In this document: positions 16,656-25,871 of the stretch, one piece after another | Layout: every line of letters starts with the position of its first letter | How positions within the stretch are numbered: the first letter of the stretch is position 1 | From: a virus | Lineage: Duplodnaviria > Caudoviricetes | DNA length: 56,122 bases | Virus record (IMG/VR): IMGVR_UViG_3300027763_001745 | Location: 1 to 56,122 of that record | Direction: 5' to 3' (one strand) | Program-made: the position numbers and the translations under genes | The notes under the pieces: model-generated | Told to the model about the DNA's origin: nothing | Database searches by the model: none | Seen by the model: only the letters and a program-made list of their open reading frames with translations

Positions 16656-17637
16656 AAAATCGGATTTCTTTTCGATTTTTTATAAACTCCTTGTACATTT
16701 CAATGACTTCTGGAGTTCTTAATTTTTCTGATCCTTGATCAAGAGTAATATCCATGCTTGGGTCTAATCCAAACTTATTACAAATGAAAGTAGTGTTATC
16801 CTTTGCACGGTCTAATAAATTTTTCCTAGTTTGAGATAATTTATTAATATCAATGTCATCTATGCCATGTAGTTGAGATAAGTTTTGATTGAAGATCAAA
16901 TCGTACATATCCACTTTAATATAAGAATTAAATTTTTCTATTTGCAATAATTCTTGGTAGACTTCGTTTAAAAAATAAGGATCTTCTACCATACCAATTA
17001 ATCTATAGACTATGTTATTTGAACCGTCCCATTGATTTTTATAAAACACATAGTGTTTATACAGAACCAACAAGGTTGGTATCCAAAATTTCTCCGGAGG
17101 AAAACTACAATAAATTTTCTTTTTCCAAGATAATTGTTCTATTGCATTATAGTTGAGTATTGTATGGCTTTTGATATAAGGAAAATTTATGTCGTTGACT
17201 GTGAAGTTTTTATCAGCTATTATGTGATCGAGTGTAAATTCTTTGTTAACAATATCTAATAAATATTTTTCCGGATTATCTATTTTAGATATATAGTTGT
17301 TCAAAGAAATGGGTTTCTTTATAAATTTATATCTATGATAGATATTGGCAAAAATTATTGCTGAATCTAACTCGGCTGGTGTGGTATAATGTTTGCTTAA
17401 AATTTCACTGCTTGAAGAAAATGGATGTAGTATTTGGTTATTTGGTCTTCGACTTATCATGTAGTTATCAATGATATCGTCCCAGTTCCATTCTAAATTA
17501 GTAGTTTGATAAATGTCAATGTTGTCAATTGTTTTTTTATCGTCAAGTAAAAATTTACCGAAGAATGATCCCATATGTCCTGGCTCCCACATAATAGGAG
17601 TTAGACTTTCAATTAGTTTTTTGTGATTGGCCTGCAT
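16636..17637 (-). CDS. Hypothetical protein, AT-rich, opposite orientation
   Basis: Long ORF; start reassigned to 17637 (TAAATA-N5-ATG); N-terminal WEPGHMGSF. Confidence 0.7.
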   Translation of the reverse strand: MQANHKKLIESLTPIMWEPGHMGSFFGKFLLDDKKTIDNIDIYQTTNLEWNWDDIIDNYMISRRPNNQILHPFSSSSEILSKHYTTPAELDSAIIFANIYHRYKFIKKPISLNNYISKIDNPEKYLLDIVNKEFTLDHIIADKNFTVNDINFPYIKSHTILNYNAIEQLSWKKKIYCSFPPEKFWIPTLLVLYKHYVFYKNQWDGSNNIVYRLIGMVEDPYFLNEVYQELLQIEKFNSYIKVDMYDLIFNQNLSQLHGIDDIDINKLSQTRKNLLDRAKDNTTFICNKFGLDPSMDITLDQGSEKLRTPEVIEMYKEFIKNRKEIRFFKQFLN

Positions 17638-17656
17638 TGTTTTATTTATTTTGTAG

Positions 17657-17706
17657 TTGACTTTTTGCAAATTTAATGTATAATATAAGAATACACACTA
17701 TAAATA
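17657..17706 (+). promoter_or_regulatory. Tandem sigma70 and T4-type late promoter
   Basis: TTGACT, 16 bp, TATAAT (17657-17684), plus exact TATAAATA at 17699-17706. Confidence 0.7.
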
Positions 17707-17741
17707 ATCTGTGTATATAACATAACATAAGGAGTTTTTAC

Positions 17742-17984
17742 ATGAACAACGTTAACATCAATGATCTAATGACTTTGCTAGCCGCAGTGGATCTCGCAGT
17801 CAAGCGTGGCACTTACAGTATTTTGGAAATCCGCCAAGTTGGAGAAGTTGCAGAAAAATTGAACGCTTTCCTAACCGAAGCTACTGCCGCTTCACAGGCT
17901 GCACAAGCTGCCGCTGAAGGAACTGAAGCTGTTGCTGAAGAAGCTGTTGCTGAAGAAGCTGTTGCTCCAGTAGAGCAGGCTTAA
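17742..17984 (+). CDS. Hypothetical protein with Ala/Glu-rich tail
   Basis: TAAGGAG SD; GAAGCTGTTGCT occurs three times (EAVA). Confidence 0.8.
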   Translation: MNNVNINDLMTLLAAVDLAVKRGTYSILEIRQVGEVAEKLNAFLTEATAASQAAQAAAEGTEAVAEEAVAEEAVAPVEQA

Positions 17985-17998
17985 TCTAGGAATTAGTC

Positions 17999-18583
17999 AT
18001 GCCTACATTTTTAAAACACGTAGGGCAGGTCGCAAGCACAGGCAAGAAATGTGTTGTGGTATTTAGAGCAATACCCAACGAAGAAACTTCTTGCCTTGTG
18101 GTTGAAACTGAAGTTCTAGGCACAAACTATCATGATAACTTAGTAGAAGCTGTTGAAAGTCCCAGTGGACAAGAAGACATTGACTTTTATAAGTACGCTC
18201 AAAGAAATACTTTCTTTGACGGTAGAAACATGTTAGAAGCAATGCACATCAGTGGTTGGTTGAAAAAGTTCCCTACTAATGAAATTATCATGATGCCCAC
18301 TCGTGATATTAAAATTAATTTAAGTGACCTTAACGCTCAACTAGATCAAAACGATTCAAGTCGTACCACTAGCAGTGATATCAGTCAATCAGAAAGTAAG
18401 CCAGCTGGCATACTAGATGATAAAGACATTGCCAATCAAATGCGTAATCAGGCAGCATTTTTTAGAAGTGAAGCAGAGCGTTTGCTTAAAGAAGCAAATA
18501 CTCTAGATCCACAGACAATCACTACAGCCTCTCCCGTTGCTGAGGCTCCAAAGCCTAAGCGAGCATATACTAAAAAAAAATAA
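17999..18583 (+). CDS. Hypothetical phage protein
   Basis: AGGA SD, 194 aa (FLKHVG...CVVVFR). Confidence 0.8.
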   Translation: MPTFLKHVGQVASTGKKCVVVFRAIPNEETSCLVVETEVLGTNYHDNLVEAVESPSGQEDIDFYKYAQRNTFFDGRNMLEAMHISGWLKKFPTNEIIMMPTRDIKINLSDLNAQLDQNDSSRTTSSDISQSESKPAGILDDKDIANQMRNQAAFFRSEAERLLKEANTLDPQTITTASPVAEAPKPKRAYTKKK

Positions 18584-18599
18584 TTAAGGAACCTGAATC

Positions 18600-18923
18600 A
18601 TGGCCATTAGAAAAAAGGATAGAAGTTTTGAAGAAATCCTTAAAGACGTTGTCATGGAAGAGGTTCCTATAGAATATATAACACACATTCAACTAAAATT
18701 AGTAGATGGTGATATTATAGAATTTTCAGGTGAGGAACTCAGTGGTATGAATGACGCCAGTGAGGTTCTTAAAGCTCAGGGTTTAGAGCATCTGAGAGAT
18801 AATATCCTTGACATTGAAGTCTTTATTGACAGTAGTAAAATTAAATCTCGCGTCATTAAGTATGTACGTGGTATATTAACTAGCCAATTTGGCGAAGAGA
18901 ATGACACTAAAAACAGAAATTAA
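18600..18923 (+). CDS. Hypothetical phage protein
   Basis: AAGGA SD, 107 aa. Confidence 0.78.
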   Translation: MAIRKKDRSFEEILKDVVMEEVPIEYITHIQLKLVDGDIIEFSGEELSGMNDASEVLKAQGLEHLRDNILDIEVFIDSSKIKSRVIKYVRGILTSQFGEENDTKNRN

Positions 18924-19785
18924 TTTTGAAAAAGATACAAACTATGTTCCAGTATTAGATCATGGTTTTGTAGGTCTAGTAGACCATATGGGCAGTGATA
19001 GTGCTATTGTACAAGCCGCTCGTGTTAGCTATGGTGCTGGCACAAAACAAGTTCAAGACGATAGAAACTTAATCCGTTATCTAATGCGTCACGAACACAC
19101 AACACCTTTTGAAATGTGTGAAGTCAAATTCCACATTAAACTGCCTATCTTTGTTATGCGACAACTTGTACGTCATCGTACTGCCAGCATGAACGAATAC
19201 AGTGCTCGTTATAGTGTGCTTACAGATGAGTTTTACATTCCCGAACTAGAACAAATCCAAAAACAAAGCACCTCTAACAAGCAAGGTCGTGAAGACAGTG
19301 AATGGGGCTTTGAAGAAAAGCGTGGAGTGCAACATGCCTTTCAACGTAGCTTTCATAATGCTTATAAAGAGTATGCTAGTTTGCTAGGTAAAGAAGATAA
19401 TGGACTAGCTCGTGAGTTGGCTAGAAGTGTGCTTCCAGTAGGCGGATATACAGAATTGTATTGGAAAGCCAACTTAAAGAACTTTCTTCACATGGCTCGT
19501 TTGCGTATGGATCCACACGCACAATGGGAGATTAGAGAGTTTGCCGGTGCAATGTATAACTTAGCCAAGCCACTATTCCCAGAAGCATGTTCAGCATTTG
19601 AAGATTATGCTGTTAACTCAGTCAAGCTAAGTGCAGGGGAATACGAGCTAGTTAAGAATTTAATTAGCCAAGACAAATGGACTGCTATGGTTGCAAAATA
19701 CGGCAACGACGAAAAAGCCCTGGGTTTAGATGCGGGGCTTGGTATTCGTGAACTACGTGAATTTAAAGAAAAGCTAGGTCTGTGA
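18901..19785 (+). CDS. thyX: FAD-dependent thymidylate synthase
   Basis: AARVSY, HTTPFE, RHRTASMNEYSARY, ELAR..LP, HAQWEIR. Confidence 0.96.
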   Translation: MTLKTEINFEKDTNYVPVLDHGFVGLVDHMGSDSAIVQAARVSYGAGTKQVQDDRNLIRYLMRHEHTTPFEMCEVKFHIKLPIFVMRQLVRHRTASMNEYSARYSVLTDEFYIPELEQIQKQSTSNKQGREDSEWGFEEKRGVQHAFQRSFHNAYKEYASLLGKEDNGLARELARSVLPVGGYTELYWKANLKNFLHMARLRMDPHAQWEIREFAGAMYNLAKPLFPEACSAFEDYAVNSVKLSAGEYELVKNLISQDKWTAMVAKYGNDEKALGLDAGLGIRELREFKEKLGL

Positions 19786-19801
19786 GATAATTTATCTCAC
19801 A
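19781..19801. terminator. Inverted repeat between convergent genes
   Basis: TGTGAGATAA-T-TTATCTCACA. Confidence 0.55.
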
Positions 19802-19808
19802 ATATAAA

Positions 19809-21689
19809 TTAATCTAGTTTTCTCAATATACCAGCAATTCTAGGAGTCCATCCAGCAAAGTTGTTGGTATAATATCCCGGTTCTATTCCCCATTCTTGCT
19901 CTTGAGGTGGAGTATATACTTGTGGATATGAAAGTGTAACTGGGGACGAACTAGTATTAACAGAACACTGAACACCTCCACCATTATACCACCAGTTATC
20001 AACTGTCATATTATTCGATATGCCAGCTGGCTGTATTATTGCATTAGGCCCGTCACCACCACGTTCAATTAATGTAAAGTGAATATCTCCAGGATTTAAT
20101 GTTGCTTGATATAAAGCTTCATCAAAATTCACTACCGAAGAAACAAAGTGCCATTTTTGTGGAAGTATATATGAATATGTCCATGCTCCATTATTTCCAC
20201 CTTGGTGTCTTGACACTATAGAATTGGATATTATATTATTAATTGATCCTTGATAAATCTTTACATCAAAAGAAATACCATAAGGACTACCATTACTAGT
20301 TGGATTAATATTATCACCAACAAGTGTAGCTGTACCTAAGTCCTCATACAAATCAGCACCTTCTACACTTGTTGCGGTAATACCACCGCCATCTCCAATT
20401 GCACCTGTTGCTAAAGAAATAACAGTGAAGTATGTGCTACCAGGTAATACATTATTTGAATATGTCCACATGTTTCTAAAAGAACCAACATATCTAGCAT
20501 TGGGATTATTTACAGAATAATTATCACCTGGGTAAGTATCGCCAGAAGTGCCATATCTAACTAAACTAGAACGATTGATCCAGAAATAGTTAGCCAATGT
20601 AATTGCACTTGTATAATTATTGACACTGCCATCATCTGGTGGTGGTGTAGGTGTCGGAGTAGGTGTCGGAGTAGGTGTTGGAGTAGGTGTTGGTGTTGGT
20701 GTTGGCTCTTCTGTAGGACCAGCTGGGGTTTTATCAACAACAGATACAGATGAAGTTTTTACAGGAACACCACCTTGACTTTTTGCAATATTTAAAGTAA
20801 TTGTTTCTAAACCTTCAATCAACGTATCAGTTGATAATGTCTTAGTAATAACACTAGTACCATTAGCTAATGTAAATGTTCCGGACATTGAAGGGTTTGT
20901 AAAATCTGCACCACTTATGCCTCCAGTTTGTTCAATTGACCAATAATATATTCCTGGAAGTGCATTGCTTGTAACTGTCCATGTTACCAGAGATCCTTCA
21001 TTAACCGTTGTTGGATTTGCTATTATATCCCATGTCTCTGACGATAATTTATTAGCAGATGCATCTATTTCCCATGTTGCAACTCCTCCCGCTTGCATGA
21101 CTTTGATCGCTGAAATTCTACCAAATCTATTAGCAATCATTTTAGTTAAATTCTTAGGTTCTACAGTTGCACCATCTGCGGCAGAAATGACTACATCACC
21201 CATGCCTACTCTTACTATAGTAACACTAGTGCCAACAGGTATTGAAGCTGTGTTGGGCAATGTTACTTTTGTCAAAGTAGTACGATCTATTCTTATATAA
21301 CGGCCATGATCTGATTCTAATATTGTGTAGTCAGAAGATTCGTCTGGCAAAGTATCAGTTAAACTAGGATTCATGCGCTGCCATTTATCGGCAGATCCAG
21401 TATAAACATTTAAATTTTCAACAGAATCATCTTTAGATTGTTTAGGGAAACGTTCGTACCAAAGTTGACCAATAATTGGATTTTTTGGCGGTAATGGCGG
21501 TTTAGTTGGATCTGAAGGTTTGAAACTGTCAAAATTCTCCAACATGTGTACTAAATTTTCGGCTATTATTTCGCCGTGATTAGTATAGTTTTTGCCAATT
21601 AAACCAATTGAGCTAGAACTGGTTTCCACAGTTCTGTCATTAACTATTGCTAGTCTTTCGGTGTTTGTTTTGGTAACATCGTATGCCAT
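19809..21689 (-). CDS. Putative virion structural/tail-fibre-like protein with Ig/Calx-beta-like domain and PT linker
   Basis: N-terminal LIGKNY..GE...EN..MLENF...P..GQLW type seen in jumbo-phage structural proteins; VNEGS beta-domain; (PT)n linker; GAGG SD and upstream TAAATA. Confidence 0.65.
   Translation of the reverse strand: MAYDVTKTNTERLAIVNDRTVETSSSSIGLIGKNYTNHGEIIAENLVHMLENFDSFKPSDPTKPPLPPKNPIIGQLWYERFPKQSKDDSVENLNVYTGSADKWQRMNPSLTDTLPDESSDYTILESDHGRYIRIDRTTLTKVTLPNTASIPVGTSVTIVRVGMGDVVISAADGATVEPKNLTKMIANRFGRISAIKVMQAGGVATWEIDASANKLSSETWDIIANPTTVNEGSLVTWTVTSNALPGIYYWSIEQTGGISGADFTNPSMSGTFTLANGTSVITKTLSTDTLIEGLETITLNIAKSQGGVPVKTSSVSVVDKTPAGPTEEPTPTPTPTPTPTPTPTPTPTPPPDDGSVNNYTSAITLANYFWINRSSLVRYGTSGDTYPGDNYSVNNPNARYVGSFRNMWTYSNNVLPGSTYFTVISLATGAIGDGGGITATSVEGADLYEDLGTATLVGDNINPTSNGSPYGISFDVKIYQGSINNIISNSIVSRHQGGNNGAWTYSYILPQKWHFVSSVVNFDEALYQATLNPGDIHFTLIERGGDGPNAIIQPAGISNNMTVDNWWYNGGGVQCSVNTSSSPVTLSYPQVYTPPQEQEWGIEPGYYTNNFAGWTPRIAGILRKLD
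20640..20706 (-). repeat. Pro-Thr dipeptide repeat
   Basis: PTPTPTPTPTPTPTPTPTPTPPP, with varied codons. Confidence 0.9.
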
Positions 21690-21711
21690 TTGTTAAATTC
21701 CTCTTATATAG

Positions 21712-21733
21712 TATTTAGTTGTTTAAAAACAAC
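21712..21733 (-). promoter_or_regulatory. Late promoter TAAATA with adjacent palindrome
   Basis: TAAATA on - strand at 21712-21717; GTTGTTT-AA-AAACAAC at 21718-21733. Confidence 0.55.
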
Positions 21734-21747
21734 CTTATAGTGAGGAT

Positions 21748-22302
21748 TTAGACTTGTAAAGGATCTATGCTGATTTCATTTATATGAAATTCTTTTGGCT
21801 GCTGTAATATCCATTTGACATAGCCAGCAGCCGTTGTTATTGGCATTGTTTTTCTATCTGGATGTTTGTGTTGTACATTACTCAAACTACCAAAACTAAT
21901 TAAAGTTACTCTAGGATTCTCGGCCCATACTCCTGTCATACCTAGACTGTTTGCATAATCTCGTAGTGCTTTCTTTTCAGCATTGTATAACCAATCAGTG
22001 GCTTTCATAACTCTATCGGTGGTACTACCAATACAGATAATCAATGTTTGTTTACCTTCTGCTTTGAGTTGTTTATATACTGCTTCTAGAAGTAGTGTTT
22101 GATTAAACTTCCACAATGCACTATTAATGATAATCGCATCATAGTCAACGCTCATTTCAGCAAATGTTTGTTGATTTTCTGCCTTAGTTAAATCTAATTT
22201 ATGTGTTGTTCTACTAACAAATGTCAATTCGTGATCTTGTAATACTGAATCCAATGCTTGTGCTAGACCAAATGTAGGATTACCTGATACTAATATTTTC
22301 AT
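21748..22302 (-). CDS. Short-chain dehydrogenase/reductase-like protein
   Basis: ILVSG..FGLA, IINSA, IGS, YxxxK (YNAEK). Confidence 0.8.
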   Translation of the reverse strand: MKILVSGNPTFGLAQALDSVLQDHELTFVSRTTHKLDLTKAENQQTFAEMSVDYDAIIINSALWKFNQTLLLEAVYKQLKAEGKQTLIICIGSTTDRVMKATDWLYNAEKKALRDYANSLGMTGVWAENPRVTLISFGSLSNVQHKHPDRKTMPITTAAGYVKWILQQPKEFHINEISIDPLQV

Positions 22303-23612
22303 TTAAACAATCTTTCGTATTCTGGTGCAATATCTAATATGCTATGTCCACGTGCTTGGTCTAAATACTTTGTAAACTTAATAAACTCAGGAAGTTTATC
22401 ACTATAGTCGGCACCTAACATATACTTAGTGATACTGTTTAGTATGTTTTCTGCGTTTTTAGCAATGTCTTCTGGATACTCTGCTTTAAATTCAGCAATA
22501 CATTTTGCATAGTATGCAACAATTTCCTGTTTCATGTCCTCAGGTAATACACGCACATTAACACGTTTTGGTCCATGTGCTACATGATGTGTAATAATAG
22601 GACGCTTCTTTGTACTGTTAATTTTAGTAAAGCCACTGCTTTGTAACTTCCACTTCATGAAACGAGGAACATGCCAAATATTATATGCTGTTACTGTACA
22701 AGCTAGCCAAGCAAGTATGTTTGGATTCTTTTCTGCATATTCATCTAGCTTCTGCAAGTTCTTGTATGCTTGACTCCACTTCAAAGGCCAACGTTGGTAC
22801 TCAACTGTTTCGCCCATACCATCCATACTAGCACCTACACGAACTTGTTTAAACTTTGTCCACATATCCAATACACGATTAGGCAAATTACTCATGTTAG
22901 TATTGTATTCAATGATCATTTTCTTACTTTGACCTGCATCAATACATTTTTGTAAAAACTCATAATGACGTTCAATCATCATAGGCTCACCACCTGCCAT
23001 ATAAACATGTTTAATGTTTGGGATATTAGCTTCTATCTGTGTCCAGAAGCTTTCACTGTTATGCCAATCATAGTCTGTGGTAGATAGTCTACCATTTTCA
23101 TTACGAGTTAGTTTAACTGTGCCGTGAGTATCTTTGTATTCATCACTGCCATGATAATCTGTCCATTGTTCATACCAAGTATGACTATCAGTAGGTCCGC
23201 ACATACGACAAGCTAGATTACATAAGTTACCAAAACGTAGATCATAATATTCTAGTTTTCTGTCTTTAATGCTGCCATCTTCTTCGGTAATGTAACGAGC
23301 ATCATCAATACTGAACTTCCAGTTATCTAATTCATATTGTCTACGACTATTAAGTCCACTGGCTTCTTCACTTTGGCAACGACCGCATTCATTACTCCAT
23401 TCTCCCACTAACATATTCTTACGAACTTCTTTCATAAGAGTAGCATTTCGGGCAAGTTCCATGTCATCTCTACCAGCATTAAATGGACTGCCATCTTCAT
23501 GTCTGACCACGCCTTGGTTTTCAGTTACATTTGCTTGACAGCAAACACGAATATCACCATTGTTACGCACAGCTTGGAAGTTCCATGGGATAGGGCAAAA
23601 TGTATTACTCAT
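22299..23612 (-). CDS. Radical SAM enzyme with N-terminal twitch-like Cys domain
   Basis: MSNTFCPIPW..RVCC, CGRC, CNLACRMC, AGGEP, YNTN; start 23612. Confidence 0.9.
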   Translation of the reverse strand: MSNTFCPIPWNFQAVRNNGDIRVCCQANVTENQGVVRHEDGSPFNAGRDDMELARNATLMKEVRKNMLVGEWSNECGRCQSEEASGLNSRRQYELDNWKFSIDDARYITEEDGSIKDRKLEYYDLRFGNLCNLACRMCGPTDSHTWYEQWTDYHGSDEYKDTHGTVKLTRNENGRLSTTDYDWHNSESFWTQIEANIPNIKHVYMAGGEPMMIERHYEFLQKCIDAGQSKKMIIEYNTNMSNLPNRVLDMWTKFKQVRVGASMDGMGETVEYQRWPLKWSQAYKNLQKLDEYAEKNPNILAWLACTVTAYNIWHVPRFMKWKLQSSGFTKINSTKKRPIITHHVAHGPKRVNVRVLPEDMKQEIVAYYAKCIAEFKAEYPEDIAKNAENILNSITKYMLGADYSDKLPEFIKFTKYLDQARGHSILDIAPEYERLFK

Positions 23613-24771
23613 AACTTTTATCTCCGGGGAATAACGGCAATTTAGTTCCTGGCGCACGTTTAGGAATCTTGCTATCTGCACTACTTACACAACTTGTTCC
23701 TCCGCAGGGCATGGGCTTGTCATATAACTTAAAGCCTGTTTCAATATGTCCCAAGGGTATTTCGCTACAACTGTAACTACGTTTCACTGTGCCATCTGGT
23801 TCACGAATAATAATACTACGATAGCCACTGCTACATTCCCACTTGTTAAAGTTATTAAAGTTAAATGCGTTGAAACGTTCTGCTTGATCCATGAACCATG
23901 GATTTCCGTCTTTATCGATAAACTCAATTTGATAATGAGGATCGATATCAACTTGTTTTTTACGACTTGGATCTGCTTTATCAACCATATACGTTGGTTT
24001 TGGTCTTTCAACTAGACCAGCCTTACGTGCTTTTTCTTCAGTGTAAGCACGTTGTGGCATACCATTATGCAATTTGGCCAGCATCTCAGGTGTATAACCA
24101 TCTACAACTCTACTGGCTGTTGGATCGCTTTGTGGTTTGAGTGTAACGTTAATACCTCTGTTATGGAAGTATAAACTTAAATCATAGATCTCATTAAACT
24201 GCTCAGGCACCATGACCATGTTAATAGTTATCTGTGTGTCATACTCCTGACATAATACTAGCTTGTCAGCAAATTCTTCAACTTTCTTATCTGTGTCAAC
24301 GTGTTCGCGATGGCAACTTGCAGTGATACTAGCACGATGAAAGTTCTTAACTGCTGGTACATATTTCTCTTCAAACCATTTAATAGGACGACTCATGTTT
24401 GATGTCATGTGTACACTGGTATAGTTTGTATTACCAGCATCAGCATTTAAGTGATTTAAAATATCAATGTAAGCAGGATGGAATGTTGGTTCACCTCCGC
24501 TTAGACTAAAGTGAAAACTATTAAATCCATTTGCTCTAGCTTGACGTTTAATTTCATCTACTGTATGTAGCATTAGAGGTGTGGGACGATGATCCTTTGT
24601 ATCACTGCGAGCATAAGGCCAGCAATAACTGCAACGATAGTTACAATAACGTCCTAATAGCCACGAGACTGTAAATAGATCTCGATATAACATTGTTCTT
24701 TGTCCGACTCTAACTAAATCACTAAAAGGAATTTTAGTAAAGTCATATTCGCTTGTTTTTAAATCACTCAT
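23605..24771 (-). CDS. Radical SAM enzyme with C-terminal Cys cluster
   Basis: CNYRCSYC, SGGEP, C-terminal CSSG..SC...C...CVSSAD. Confidence 0.9.
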   Translation of the reverse strand: MSDLKTSEYDFTKIPFSDLVRVGQRTMLYRDLFTVSWLLGRYCNYRCSYCWPYARSDTKDHRPTPLMLHTVDEIKRQARANGFNSFHFSLSGGEPTFHPAYIDILNHLNADAGNTNYTSVHMTSNMSRPIKWFEEKYVPAVKNFHRASITASCHREHVDTDKKVEEFADKLVLCQEYDTQITINMVMVPEQFNEIYDLSLYFHNRGINVTLKPQSDPTASRVVDGYTPEMLAKLHNGMPQRAYTEEKARKAGLVERPKPTYMVDKADPSRKKQVDIDPHYQIEFIDKDGNPWFMDQAERFNAFNFNNFNKWECSSGYRSIIIREPDGTVKRSYSCSEIPLGHIETGFKLYDKPMPCGGTSCVSSADSKIPKRAPGTKLPLFPGDKSYE

Positions 24772-24997
24772 TTTGTTCGTAGATAAATTTTACTTCTTTT
24801 CCTGGACCAGCTTCACTGGGCAAGCCGCCATACTCGTTAATATACCATTTAATGGCAGCTTTATACCAACCGGTACTATCATGTCTGCTTTCTTTATTAA
24901 ATTTGTATATGTTATCATTGGTAGCTTCCATGCTACTGATAATTCTAGCCGCTTCTAATTGTAACACTCTTAAGGGCATTGTGTCAAGATCTATCAT
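24764..24997 (-). CDS. Small hypothetical protein
   Basis: 77 aa, coupled to the downstream rSAM gene. Confidence 0.7.
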   Translation of the reverse strand: MIDLDTMPLRVLQLEAARIISSMEATNDNIYKFNKESRHDSTGWYKAAIKWYINEYGGLPSEAGPGKEVKFIYEQNE

Positions 24998-25017
24998 GGT
25001 TTTTAAATTATATTATT

Positions 25018-25038
25018 GGTAGGCCATTGCGGCCTACC
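25018..25038. other. GC-rich hairpin between the nitroreductase and the small ORF
   Basis: GGTAGGCC-ATTGC-GGCCTACC; no U tract on the - strand. Confidence 0.55.
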
Positions 25039-25042
25039 TAGT

Positions 25043-25786
25043 TCAAATAGTAGTGAACATTGCTGTCTGTTTTTTATTAACAAAGAAGCTTTCCTCACGA
25101 CCTGAACGACGATAATGTGTTTCGCCATTTAGGTATGGTTCTTTTCTTTCAGTGTCAGTGCCATTGTATAAGTTTTTAATTTTTTCGTGTTTTGGTCCAA
25201 TACACATCAACACCACTGATTCAACAGGCTGTGTTTTGTATTCAGCACCAAATTCTTTTACCCATAAATCATGGAAGTGTGGATCACTCATAATGCTTTC
25301 TATACCACAGGCAACAAACGCTGTACCATAGCCCAAATCTTCTGCGGTAAGTTGTGCATAAGTGGCACTGATCATTGCATCACGTACACTGCTTTTAATC
25401 ATAGCATAACGATTTGCTTCTCCTTTGACATCGCTGTAGCAACTATCAAAGACTTCTTCACCGTGTTCTTCTTTAACATTAACCATTTGATGTTCTGGTG
25501 CTGGATTAGCAATATAAACTAGAACCAATGGTGCTAGAGTTTGTTTTAAATAAATGATACGATTATCATCTTCTTCATACAAAGTGATATCATCGCATAA
25601 AACTTGTTTGAGTTTTTTACCTTGTTCACTGTTAGTCAATGCCATTACTTTGTATCCGTAGATTTTGTTTTTACTTGGCGCACGGCGTGCCGATTCCATA
25701 ATAGTTTGAATATCCATTGGACTGATTTCATCAGTCATCAAACGAGTAGTATGTCTATTCTTAATTAATTCATGAACCCTGCTCAT
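25043..25786 (-). CDS. Nitroreductase-family flavoprotein
   Basis: IKNRHTTR, ARRAPS, DA.I.....LTAEDLGYGT. Confidence 0.82.
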   Translation of the reverse strand: MSRVHELIKNRHTTRLMTDEISPMDIQTIMESARRAPSKNKIYGYKVMALTNSEQGKKLKQVLCDDITLYEEDDNRIIYLKQTLAPLVLVYIANPAPEHQMVNVKEEHGEEVFDSCYSDVKGEANRYAMIKSSVRDAMISATYAQLTAEDLGYGTAFVACGIESIMSDPHFHDLWVKEFGAEYKTQPVESVVLMCIGPKHEKIKNLYNGTDTERKEPYLNGETHYRRSGREESFFVNKKQTAMFTTI

Positions 25787-25871
25787 AAAAATTCCTTTTA
25801 TATAAATGAATTATCATCATTCTCATGTATTTAGCGAAGAGAAATTTAATTTACAAACATTAAATACACAC

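Noticed and set aside
17691-17716. Second RBS-sequestering hairpin (ATACACA...TGTGTAT around TATAAATA)
   Set aside because: The stem is short and the SD (TAAGGAG) lies outside it, so it does not occlude translation.
19781-19801. CRP site (TGTGA...TCACA)
   Set aside because: Spacer is 11 bp rather than 6, and it lies between convergent 3' ends.
24764-24997. RiPP precursor peptide for the rSAM cluster
   Set aside because: No Cys and no leader/core pattern; looks like a small folded helical protein; no RRE, peptidase or exporter recognised.
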